From positions 1 through 64,000 of the forward strand of contig JAYTSD010000037.1 in NCBI GenBank assembly GCA_043745805.1: a stretch of DNA of 64,000 nt, written 5' to 3'. The stretch is from Fibrobacteria bacterium. GTDB taxonomy: Bacteria > Fibrobacterota > Fibrobacteria > UBA11236. The notes under the pieces are model-generated. The model was not told the DNA's origin. It ran no database searches and saw only the letters and a list, made by a program, of their open reading frames with translations. The translations under genes and the position numbers were made by a program. This document shows positions 12,574 to 20,987 of this stretch, one piece after another (positions within the stretch are counted from its first letter, which is position 1; every line of letters starts with the position of its first letter).

Positions 12574-12954
12574 TTATCCTACTTTGCGAACAATCCACGT
12601 CAATAAAATGAATCCGGTACAAAGCGATAATGCTACGGCATTTTCAAAAAGACGCGGGGAAAAAATTAAAACAAACCCGCGATCTTTAACAAGGGAAGAA
12701 AAACTGGATACGCAAAAAGGCATCAGGAAAAGTCTGAATATTTGCCAAAAATTAGGGTTCGACTTCACCGCCGGAGAAGATACGCTTAACACCAAAGCAA
12801 TGCCAATTACCCCGCTTATCCCCAGGGATGTAATCCAGAGGCGTAGAGTTGGGTCGAAATAAAAAACTCCAATGGTTAAATACCAAAGCAAGTAACACCA
12901 TAACACGCTACGACTTAACGGCAGGTTTTTTAAGTAGAATCGAATGACGTTCAT
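12574..12954 (-). CDS. Small multi-TM membrane protein of unknown function
   Basis: 126 aa with about 4 hydrophobic segments; protein-like composition (WCYLLWY, WQIFRLFLMPFCVSSFS). Confidence 0.7.
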   Translation of the reverse strand: MNVIRFYLKNLPLSRSVLWCYLLWYLTIGVFYFDPTLRLWITSLGISGVIGIALVLSVSSPAVKSNPNFWQIFRLFLMPFCVSSFSSLVKDRGFVLIFSPRLFENAVALSLCTGFILLTWIVRKVG

Positions 12955-13650
12955 AGGTTCTCTTCTAAAATATGTTGCTACTGTGGTGGTTTCCTTGGCA
13001 TCTATATTAGTCTCTTGGAAGTATCAAAAGTTACCAAAAACGCTTTTTTGCCTGCCGTCAGCAAAATAACTCAGACTTATTTTGATTTGACATAAAATGT
13101 CAAATGCGGAAATATAAAATGGACCGGACTGAGAAATACAATGAAGGAAGTCCCACCCGACCCTATCCAGAAAAAACAGCGAATAGTTATGCCAGAAGAC
13201 ATAATAAAAGCCCATACAAACCCACCCCCGCTTAATTCGCAGGATGTAGTAACCAAATGGGAAATCTGGATAGTTCGCTCTATATGCGCCGTGCCTCCGG
13301 CCAGGATAGGCATGAGCAGCGGGAAAATTGTGGAGAATGCAAATCTGAAAAAAAACGGAATCCATCATTATAATATTTTCTCTCCAATTGAGAATAAATT
13401 TACTTCCAATGACCTTGAGCTGGAAACCGAGAGCAGTTGCAGGCACATATCAATTCCATTTCCGGACAGTTGCTTTATCCGCCCAGAAACCGCTTAAGAG
13501 CATAGGTAAATCGAAGCTCTTTTTCAGCCTCTTCACCAACGAGTGACTGGGCGGATGCAACCTTTGGCGGACTTATAAGGCACTCCTAGTGGTCGAAATA
13601 TAACCACCATTAAACATGGTGGTCGTAGAACAATCGCGACGAAGGAATTG

Positions 13651-13713
13651 GTCCACGTTGATTTTCAAGTTTTCCTTATCCACTACGAAATTGAAAATCT
13701 TCTGTTTATTCAT
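13651..13713 (-). pseudogene. N-terminal remnant of an SRPBCC/AHSA1-like protein
   Basis: ATG overlaps the upstream ArsR-remnant stop (ATGA). Reads MNKQKIFNFVVDKENLKINVD, resembling SRPBCC N-termini that follow this ArsR subfamily, then similarity is lost. Confidence 0.5.
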
Positions 13714-13879
13714 TTTTTTCTCGCTTTCAATTGTTTTAACACATCGTCTAGTTGGCTAAACCGCTTGCCGGCTAGTTTCGAAATGTTCAGCCATGGCGCT
13801 GGGTGTCATCGCCTGAATGGCCAAGAGCATGAGGATGGCGCGTCTGGTCGGCGATGGCTTGGAAAATGTCTCTTCTCAT
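13710..13879 (-). pseudogene. ArsR/SmtB-family regulator pseudogene
   Basis: MRRDIFQAIAD, frameshift, then RRAILMLLAIQAMTPSAMAEHFETSRQAV*, then an internal deletion and the C-terminal QLDDVLKQLKARKK*. Confidence 0.8.
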
Positions 13880-13900
13880 AGGGTCCAGGTAGTTAATATA

Positions 13901-13930
13901 CAACCAATCTATTGCGCAATAGATTGGTTG
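13901..13930. promoter_or_regulatory. Perfect 30-bp palindrome, probable ArsR operator
   Basis: CAACCAATCTATTGC|GCAATAGATTGGTTG, about 20 bp upstream of the ArsR remnant ATG. Confidence 0.65.
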
Positions 13931-14054
13931 CTGAAATCACACGGAGGCCTACGTTGAGTGATATGTCTCTCGGAAGGTGACTCATCGTGCCAACGAATTG
14001 TAAGTATTTTTTGGGAACGGGAAATCAAACAAATTGTTTAAAGAAAGCAAGAAA

Positions 14055-14459
14055 ATGAAAAAGGCAAAACGTTTTGGAATCGGTCTCTTTTTAATTTGTT
14101 CCAGTCTATTCGCTCAGGATCCTGTCAAAACAGATGGCGACAAATATAAAGTGATCTTGGAAAATGAACGCGTAAGAGTGCTCGAGTACAAGGACAAACC
14201 GGGAGACAAAACTACCAAACACCATCATCCTGATTTTGTTTTATATGCTCTCGACTCCTTTAGCCGTAAATTAACAATGGGTAACGGAAAACAAATAATT
14301 AAGGATCTTAAACAAGGCGACGTTATATGGATGAAGGACCAGATACATATTGGTGAAAATATTGGAAAAACAGAAACGCACGCATTGATCATAGAATTGA
14401 AGGAATCACTACATGCACAGCCCGATGATAGTTCAAAAATTAACCAAATCAAAAAATAA
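14055..14459 (+). CDS. Secreted cupin-fold protein
   Basis: Signal peptide ending SLFA-QD; ENERVRVLE..KPGDKT..HHHPD cupin-like motif; second motif WMKDQIHIGENIG. Confidence 0.75.
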   Translation: MKKAKRFGIGLFLICSSLFAQDPVKTDGDKYKVILENERVRVLEYKDKPGDKTTKHHHPDFVLYALDSFSRKLTMGNGKQIIKDLKQGDVIWMKDQIHIGENIGKTETHALIIELKESLHAQPDDSSKINQIKK

Positions 14460-14584
14460 GAGTCCAAAAAAGATGATATAAAAGAGTTGCATAATAAGGC
14501 CAATTAACCATACTGAGCGCGGGCGTGCTCGCAACTTAAAACCACTTTATCCGGACTAACTTTAAAAAAGGAATAAATACAAAA

Positions 14585-14623
14585 ATGAAAAGAGTGCACA
14601 TAGCTATTGGTGTTGCAAACATT
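14585..14623 (+). pseudogene. Possible N-terminal remnant of a VOC/glyoxalase-family gene
   Basis: AAGGA RBS followed by MKRVHIAIGVANI, a VOC beta1-like start; resemblance ends after about 13 codons. Confidence 0.35.
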
Positions 14624-14647
14624 ATACGACATTTTGCCTTTTTAGTA

Positions 14648-14678
14648 TTGCCTCCCAAGCTTTGCAGTTGGGAGGCAA
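14648..14678. repeat. Inverted repeat/hairpin (11-bp stem)
   Basis: TTGCCTCCCAA-N9-TTGGGAGGCAA. Confidence 0.6.
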
Positions 14679-14959
14679 ATTTAAATGATTATGTTTTAGC
14701 GGGAAGAACCATCAATAACTCATGATGAGTCTATTGTAGATAAGTTGCTCCGATATTATTCGAGTACAAAAAGGTATGACGACGATCAGAGAGCTAGCGT
14801 TTCCCTTATTATGAAAACGAATACTATATCAGGAGAGGCATTATAGGCATTGGTAGAATTCAAATAATTGATAGAAACTTAAGAATTACTGAATGAGCTT
14901 CCTTCCCTGAAGAATTTAATCCAATTAAAATCAATGGGGATACCCTGCTATCGAAAATC

Positions 14960-15283
14960 TTGTCGAGCCTAATCTTCAATATTTCTGCAGGAGATAGTCC
15001 AGGTGGGATATCTTGGCAGGAAGCAATTCAAATTCTGGATTGGAAAAATGTTTATGGGTATCAGGTTCATGAGATCCATGCAGGTTACAGGCATCTAGAT
15101 TACGCTAGTGGAAATACTAAATCCATTAGTAAACAAATTACTAAATATTACTCTATAACTAGCAATCATGACGACTCTTGGTTTCTTTTTGTATTTCCAG
15201 ACTATCGTAAAAGTACGGAAGACTTGGGCAAAATAGTTTCTGGAATGAAAATCGAAAAAATTCGAGGAAAAGTTCAAAAATAG
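14960..15283 (+). pseudogene. C-terminal fragment of a degraded hypothetical gene
   Basis: 107-codon open frame with TTG start and no RBS; the upstream sequence looks coding-like but is interrupted by stops. Confidence 0.3.
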
Positions 15284-15373
15284 AAACTTACCCGCTCACA
15301 ATGCACAATCGTTGGCGGTCGTTGTAAGGTTACCAAGAACCAATTAACAAACTGTAAAATTAAAAACAATCAT

Positions 15374-15835
15374 ATGAACAAAACAAAAAAATCCGAATTC
15401 AAATTAATTGGACTTAAACTCCACAACAAGACAACTAATGAAGGCGGACAATCAAGTATTGACCGCGGAAGCCTTTGGCAAAAATTTGAGAAAGAGAATT
15501 TTACAAAAAGGATACCGGACAAGTTAAGCGAAGAAATTTACGCAGTCTATTTTTACTATGAAGGCGACCATACCAAACCATTTTCATATTTTATTGGCTG
15601 CCCAGTAAAAATGGATACGCCAGTACCACAAGGAATGGAAAGTTTACTTATACCGACCAAAAATTACTCTAAGGTGATTGCAAAAGGAAAGATGCCGGAC
15701 TGTGTTGCCAATTCTTGGAAGGACATTTGGAGTTGGAACATTGACAGAGCCTACAACTTTGACTTTGAGAAATATGATGAAAGAAGTAAAGATTGGTCCA
15801 ATGCAGAAGTGGAAATTTTTGTTTCGACTAACTGA
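15374..15835 (+). CDS. GyrI-like small-molecule-binding (AraC effector-binding) protein
   Basis: LIGL..KTTN, SLWQKF, IYAVY..YEGD, YFIGC, WKDIW, RAYNFDFEKYD, VEIFVS. Confidence 0.85.
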   Translation: MNKTKKSEFKLIGLKLHNKTTNEGGQSSIDRGSLWQKFEKENFTKRIPDKLSEEIYAVYFYYEGDHTKPFSYFIGCPVKMDTPVPQGMESLLIPTKNYSKVIAKGKMPDCVANSWKDIWSWNIDRAYNFDFEKYDERSKDWSNAEVEIFVSTN

Positions 15836-15952
15836 CGAAATGATTATTTGTTAATCATCATATCAGCCGCATGGAAAACCTCTTCAATATCGGCGAGGTT
15901 CCCATAGATTTTACTGTCTCCGGCCCTTTCGTGAAAATTGCATAATTTAAAT

Positions 15953-15980
15953 CCGATCCGAAACTCCACTTACTCCGTAT
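15953..15980 (+). promoter_or_regulatory. Putative ECF sigma promoter, copy 1
   Basis: CCGATCC-N15-CCGTAT, 9 bp before ATG 15990; same motif and spacing at 19085 and 20948. Confidence 0.7.
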
Positions 15981-15989
15981 ATAGGATTA

Positions 15990-16622
15990 ATGAGACTAAA
16001 TGCAGCGATTTTTAATTTTTTCGCATTAATTGAGCTTTCGGGTAGTTTGTGCCAAGCGGAAACCATCGGGCAGTACCTAAGCCAAAACGGCCGCTATGCC
16101 CAAGCCTTCGATTTGAATTTGGGTTTTCTTGCCAGCGTCCCTCACGGCGTCAATCAAGCCGAAAGTCGCTTGGGCGCGCGCTTTGGGCTTGGCTATGAGT
16201 TTAACCCTTTACCTTTACCCCATTTACTCCTTCCTGTAAATGTGGCTCTTTTGTACTCCACACGAGCTGTGCAGATTGGAAATATCCGCTGGACTTTTTC
16301 AGAAGCGAAATTCCAAATCTTGGTCCATCATTCCGTGATACCTGGTTTCACATGGGCTGAACCGGCCTTATTCATGTCCCCGTTTTATACCACCGACTTG
16401 ATCTTGTCGGGGGCTGGGGGTAACTTCCCCGCTATCAAGAGTCTTCAGGATCTTTTCTCTCTAGATGCCGGAGCCGCCTTACTTGTAAATATTTCTATTT
16501 TACAGGCTCGCTTTTATTATGCCCAAAACTTATTGAAACAAGTGGAATCGACTCCACTCACCGTTTCCACTTTTGGTGCGGATTTGCTATTGCCGATTAG
16601 TCGCAAGAGAAAAGTGCCGTGA
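15990..16622 (+). CDS. Putative outer-membrane beta-barrel protein
   Basis: Signal-peptide-like N-terminus (CQA-E) and alternating hydrophobic strands (FDLNLGF, RFGLGYEF, LDAGAAL, LQARFYY); stop overlaps the next start. Confidence 0.55.
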   Translation: MRLNAAIFNFFALIELSGSLCQAETIGQYLSQNGRYAQAFDLNLGFLASVPHGVNQAESRLGARFGLGYEFNPLPLPHLLLPVNVALLYSTRAVQIGNIRWTFSEAKFQILVHHSVIPGFTWAEPALFMSPFYTTDLILSGAGGNFPAIKSLQDLFSLDAGAALLVNISILQARFYYAQNLLKQVESTPLTVSTFGADLLLPISRKRKVP

Positions 16623-17752
16623 ACAAACTTTATTTTTTAAGGAATATTTTTCCGATCTGGGCCCAATTAGTATCGGTCCGTATAGTGTTAGCCGCCATTC
16701 TCATAACCGCCTGCAGCCAATTGCCGACGCCGCCAGCCAATACTTTTGTTTTAAAGGGCCTAGTGCAAGATCCCTTGACCCGTATTTATACAGACTCTAC
16801 TGGCAAAGAAAAATTCGCCGATATCCCCGAGCCCTTCCGGGGATTCTATGCGGCATGCAGCGCTTGTCATTCGAATCTCGCGCCCAATACCGATGCCATA
16901 TTGCGGGCCAAGGCAAAGATGAATCTTAATACCTGGGCAGAGATAGTTGCATTCGGGCCGGATAGGCTTTTAACCGCAGCAAGCGGGCGCGCCATGCCAC
17001 CCGCACCAGAAAAAACGGTTCCCGATTCTCAGCTCGTAGCCGTGTTGGGTTTCCTTTCCTCTTGGTCTTCGGGCGGGGTTGCATTACAGGGTACGGATTT
17101 CAAGCAAGGGAAATTTTTGGTGGGACGTTTTTGCGCAGATTGCCATACCGCTGCGGGGAAAAACTCCGATCAAGCGCGCGCTTGGAATATCCTTCCATTA
17201 GATACTTATGCGGAGTGGATTAAATACCCTAGGCTCCTCTCTGGTCGCTTAGCCGAAAATCATCCTGGGGGTAATCCAATGCCGCCACCTAAATTCTCAC
17301 TGCAACCCACTGCAGCCGAGCGGAATATCCTGCTCGACTGGATTGCACGTAATTCTCCGAATAACCCCGATGGTATCGGACAAGGTACCGTAATAAATAT
17401 GTTACCTGACAGTATTGTTTCGGAGGGAGCTTTACTTAACGTGGCTTATGCACCTGCGCGACGCATAGTAAATCGTTATTGCGCCGATTGTCATACAAGC
17501 GGCGGCAAAAATAAAGATAAGAAGGATGCTTGGGGGAATGCCGATGTGAAGCTAGATGCTTATGCAGGATGGTTGAAGGCACAAAACACTTTAAAAGTAC
17601 GCCTTAATCCAGCCTTAGCTATTTCCCAGCGCCCATTCCCATTGGATTCTATGCCCAAGGGGAGTTTCTCGCGCCAACCGACTCAGGCCGAACGAGATAC
17701 CTTGCTCACATGGCTAATGCGCGGCTCCCCCAATACTTCGAACGGAGAATGA
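16619..17752 (+). CDS. Tri-heme cytochrome c lipoprotein (three tandem monoheme domains)
   Basis: Lipobox ILITA-C; CSACH, CADCH, CADCH, each followed by an MP(P/K) motif (AMPP, PMPP, SMPK) and a C-terminal Trp-containing helix. Confidence 0.85.
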   Translation: MNKLYFLRNIFPIWAQLVSVRIVLAAILITACSQLPTPPANTFVLKGLVQDPLTRIYTDSTGKEKFADIPEPFRGFYAACSACHSNLAPNTDAILRAKAKMNLNTWAEIVAFGPDRLLTAASGRAMPPAPEKTVPDSQLVAVLGFLSSWSSGGVALQGTDFKQGKFLVGRFCADCHTAAGKNSDQARAWNILPLDTYAEWIKYPRLLSGRLAENHPGGNPMPPPKFSLQPTAAERNILLDWIARNSPNNPDGIGQGTVINMLPDSIVSEGALLNVAYAPARRIVNRYCADCHTSGGKNKDKKDAWGNADVKLDAYAGWLKAQNTLKVRLNPALAISQRPFPLDSMPKGSFSRQPTQAERDTLLTWLMRGSPNTSNGE

Positions 17753-17755
17753 ATC

Positions 17756-18610
17756 ATGATCCGGCAAACACTTAGCTTGGTTCTATTATCAATTGCATTT
17801 GCATGGTCTTATTATCCTGGTAGTCCCGATCGCAATTTATCGGTTTTACAAACGGCCGAAATCACTCCGAACAAATATTTATACATGCGATTCAATCATC
17901 GCTTCGAAGATGCGATAGCACCTGAAGGGGAGAATAACCCGTTCTATGGTCTGCTAGGCATGGACGGGCCGGCAAATATTTATGTCGACTTGGCAGCGGG
18001 TATAGCAAACCTTTGGGAGGTAACACTTGCTCGCGAACGTCAATATAAAACCTATGCACTTGAAGCCAAGTTGCAGATGTGGAATCAACGTATCGATCAT
18101 CGTCCATTGTCAATTGCACTGACCTTGAATTCGGAAATCCGCACTGAACATCAGATCGAAGATGACAAAAAAATTTCGCTCGGGGGCTCGCTAATTTTAA
18201 CACGCAGTTTTTTCAGCGATCGAATGGAGCTGCTCTTCAATGGCCTCGGACAAACCAATACTAATGTTGCCGATCGCGGAATGGCATCCGATCACAGTGT
18301 GGCGGTGGGCCTCGGAATGATTTTGCGGCATGAGAGGATTTCATTTTGGGCAGAGGGATTTTTCCCCGTTGCGATCGGCGATTATGGTTATGTGAATACT
18401 TATTCCGGACTTTACCCAAAAGGGATTCCATTACAAGGATATGGTTTCACCTATCGCATTTACAACCATGCTTTCGCGGTGACGATCACTAATTATTCTG
18501 ATTTACTTGCTGCGAATTTTATTTCCGGCGCGCATGCACCTGGTGCGACGCGCATGAATGAATGGCGGCTGGGCTTTAACCTGACTCGCACTTTCAATGT
18601 GGGTCACTAA
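17756..18610 (+). CDS. DUF5777-like outer-membrane beta-barrel protein
   Basis: Signal peptide; LQTAE..., RFNHRF, FYGLLGMDGPANI, HAFAVTITN, C-terminal WRLGFNLTRTF beta-signal-like strand. Confidence 0.7.
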   Translation: MIRQTLSLVLLSIAFAWSYYPGSPDRNLSVLQTAEITPNKYLYMRFNHRFEDAIAPEGENNPFYGLLGMDGPANIYVDLAAGIANLWEVTLARERQYKTYALEAKLQMWNQRIDHRPLSIALTLNSEIRTEHQIEDDKKISLGGSLILTRSFFSDRMELLFNGLGQTNTNVADRGMASDHSVAVGLGMILRHERISFWAEGFFPVAIGDYGYVNTYSGLYPKGIPLQGYGFTYRIYNHAFAVTITNYSDLLAANFISGAHAPGATRMNEWRLGFNLTRTFNVGH

Positions 18611-18621
18611 GAAAGGGTATT

Positions 18622-19050
18622 ATGGAAAGACGTAATTTCTTGAAAACAGCTTGCTGGGCGGGCGTCGCGGGCTTAGCGGGTTGCGCGAAAACATATCGTT
18701 ATACGACCTCGAACTTACCAGGCGGCGAAGGCAAGGACGGATTTCTCGCTAAGGTGGATGAGATTCAGGAAGCAACATCCAATCTCTTTTATACCAAGAC
18801 GGGACCGGTATTATTGGTGAAATGGAAAGGCGAAATTAAAGGTTATGAATCGGTTTGCCCGCATACCATGTGCGAACTCAATGACGGCGAAAGAGTCCAA
18901 CCCATGAAAAACGGGGAAGTCCGCTGCTTCGTACATGATTCTTTTTTCAAACCCGCAGATGGCGGATATATTTCCGGGCCGGCGAATCCGACGGGAAAAC
19001 TTCCTGCATTCAAAATTCGGATTGAGGATGGAAAGGTTTATCGCGCATGA
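18622..19050 (+). CDS. Tat-exported Rieske [2Fe-2S] lipoprotein
   Basis: ERRNFLK twin-arginine motif, lipobox LAG-C, Rieske boxes CPHTMC and CFVH, GPA..L loop. Confidence 0.88.
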   Translation: MERRNFLKTACWAGVAGLAGCAKTYRYTTSNLPGGEGKDGFLAKVDEIQEATSNLFYTKTGPVLLVKWKGEIKGYESVCPHTMCELNDGERVQPMKNGEVRCFVHDSFFKPADGGYISGPANPTGKLPAFKIRIEDGKVYRA

Positions 19051-19084
19051 GGCCTTCACTTTCGATGAAAAAAAATATCTCCCT

Positions 19085-19112
19085 CCAATCCGATTCCTTA
19101 TGACCTCCGTAT
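19085..19112 (+). promoter_or_regulatory. Putative ECF sigma promoter, copy 2
   Basis: CCAATCC-N15-CCGTAT in the intergenic region before the His-repeat lipoprotein. Confidence 0.72.
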
Positions 19113-19183
19113 ATGGAACAGATGAGTCGAAAATTCATTCCTTACCAAAAGTACCTAACCCATTTCTCAAGGAGAAATTTGAT

Positions 19184-20800
19184 ATGATGCAATCTAAACA
19201 GATTTACAGAAAAGCAAAGCACTGGGCCATACCTGGATTGATTGGCATGAGCCTTTCATTTATGGCCTGTAACGAAGATAAGAGTACAGGCCCTGCAAAG
19301 GCCACGCCCACCATAACAATCTCGAGCCCTACCAAAGGTGCGGTGATTTCCTTAACAGGCTTCCAAGTGAAGGTAAAGACCACCGATTTCACCTATGGCA
19401 AAATAGGCGATGCGAATATGGATGGATCGGGCCATATGCACGTTTACCTAGATAAGCCCGCTAACTCCGGCGCAGCCTATACCGCGGTGATCACGGACGG
19501 TGACACCGCGACCGTTGCAGGGCCATTGTCGGCAGGAATTCATTATGTCATCGTGACGCTACAGAAAAACGATCATAGCCCATACAATATCCAAGATTCA
19601 ATGAGTTTTTTAGCGAGTGCAACCATTCCTACAACCACCTCTTCGGTTGCATTTCTATCTCCTACGGAAGGCTCTATGAATGGGACTTCGGTCACTATCA
19701 AATTGTCTCCGATAAATTTCAAAGTAGTCGCACCAGGTGCAGCAAAATCTGGAGAAGGCCATTTTCATTACTTCCTAGACGGCGGAACCTATGTGCCTCT
19801 CGCCGATACAGTATTGACATTAGACAAGCTTTCGGTAGGCGAACATAGCTTGCGGGTTACCTTACAGAACAGCGATCATAGCGACTTGAACGTTGAAAAA
19901 ACTCTCAAGTTCAAGGTTGTCGCAGGCATGCCCAATTTCACTTTCGCTTATCCATCAGAAGGCGCGACGGTAGGACCGGTCGTCAGTATCCAGCTTTCCA
20001 CCACCGATTTCAAATTGGCGGCTCCGGGCGATTTGCATCACGATGAAGGCCACTTCCATTATTTCTTGGATGGTGGACCTTATAATGCCCTCGTGGACAG
20101 CACCATCTACCTCACAGATCTAAAGGAAGGCGATCATAATATCCGTGTTACCCTGCAGGATAATAAACACCAAGACATTGCACTTGAACGCACCTTACAT
20201 TTCAAGGTGGGAAGTTCTAACCCGTCCTTCACCTTTGCCTCACCTGCTACAGGAGCCATGCTAGGCTCTTCCGTCACCATCCACATCTCGCCGATGAATT
20301 TCAAGGTCGCTGGCCCTGGTCCAAACCTTGTCACCGGTGAAGGCCACTTTCATTATTTCGTAGATGGCGGCACCTACAACGCACTTGCAGATACCATCTT
20401 CACCTTGAATAACCTTTCCGTTGGCGAGCACACGGTACGCGTTGCTATGCAAGATGACAAACATGGGGATCTCCATGTAGAACGCTCCTTGAAATTCATC
20501 GTCTCCGCCACGGCACCTTCCTTCACGATCAGCTCGCCAAAAGAGGGAGATACAGTCTCTTCTCCAGTCGTTTTGAAAATGGCAGGAAAAAATTTCACCG
20601 TTGTCGCACCAGGGACTGTGAAGCCCAATGAAGGTCATTACCATTACTTTATTGATAAAGGGACTTACAATGCCTTAGCCGATACCATGGTCAGTATCCC
20701 TGCCTTAACTCCCGGTCTTCATACCCTTAGAGTGACCATGCAAAAAGGGGATCATTCGGATTATGGATTAGAGCAATCGGTGTCTTTCACTGTGAAATAG
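19184..20800 (+). CDS. Lipoprotein with five His-rich beta-sandwich repeats (DUF4399/DUF6130-like)
   Basis: AAGGAG RBS before ATG 19184 (538 aa; the ORF-track start overlaps the Rieske gene). Signal peptide ends SFMA-C. Five ~95-aa repeats with GH[FMY]H[YV][FY][LVI]D ... G.H...V.[LM]Q..[DK]H. Confidence 0.85.
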   Translation: MMQSKQIYRKAKHWAIPGLIGMSLSFMACNEDKSTGPAKATPTITISSPTKGAVISLTGFQVKVKTTDFTYGKIGDANMDGSGHMHVYLDKPANSGAAYTAVITDGDTATVAGPLSAGIHYVIVTLQKNDHSPYNIQDSMSFLASATIPTTTSSVAFLSPTEGSMNGTSVTIKLSPINFKVVAPGAAKSGEGHFHYFLDGGTYVPLADTVLTLDKLSVGEHSLRVTLQNSDHSDLNVEKTLKFKVVAGMPNFTFAYPSEGATVGPVVSIQLSTTDFKLAAPGDLHHDEGHFHYFLDGGPYNALVDSTIYLTDLKEGDHNIRVTLQDNKHQDIALERTLHFKVGSSNPSFTFASPATGAMLGSSVTIHISPMNFKVAGPGPNLVTGEGHFHYFVDGGTYNALADTIFTLNNLSVGEHTVRVAMQDDKHGDLHVERSLKFIVSATAPSFTISSPKEGDTVSSPVVLKMAGKNFTVVAPGTVKPNEGHYHYFIDKGTYNALADTMVSIPALTPGLHTLRVTMQKGDHSDYGLEQSVSFTVK

Positions 20801-20841
20801 ACTAGTGGGAGTTTTGCTTCCCCGTTCCATTTTATTTCCAT

Positions 20842-20878
20842 GCCCCCTCTCCATTCGGAGTGGGGGTTTTGTACTTTT
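20842..20878 (+). terminator. Probable terminator after the His-repeat lipoprotein
   Basis: GCCCCCtCTCC-attc-GGAGtGGGGGT stem followed by TTTGTACTTTT. Confidence 0.6.
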
Positions 20879-20947
20879 AGGTGAATATCATTAACAGGTA
20901 ACATTTTCCAGCCAGGCCAGATAAAACTTCGAAGATTATGAAAATCA

Positions 20948-20975
20948 CCAATCCGTCTTCCCAAATGCAGCGTAT
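20948..20975 (+). promoter_or_regulatory. Putative ECF sigma promoter, copy 3 (autoregulatory)
   Basis: CCAATCC-N15-GCGTAT directly upstream of the sigma gene. Confidence 0.68.
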
Positions 20976-20987
20976 CTATTTACAGAC

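Noticed and set aside
12280-12575. Target-site duplication around the mini-IS
   Set aside because: The flanks (..AAAAAA / AATAAA..) are only A-rich and give no unambiguous 3-4 bp duplication.
13024-13497. Overlapping ORFs 13024-13446(-), 13077-13313(-) and 13141-13497(+)
   Set aside because: No recognisable motifs or RBS and mutually overlapping; I cannot tell which, if any, is real.
13950-15900. Integron cassette array (small co-oriented genes with possible attC sites, e.g. GTTGGCGGTCGTTGTAAG near 15311 and the GAGTTGC/GCAACTT pair near 14484-14537)
   Set aside because: I could not find paired RYYYAAC/GTTRRRY boxes with consistent internal stems, and there is no integrase. IntegronFinder would be decisive.
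18935-19183. 83-aa N-terminal extension of the His-repeat protein
   Set aside because: Overlaps the Rieske gene and promoter copy 2; the RBS and signal peptide point to ATG 19184.
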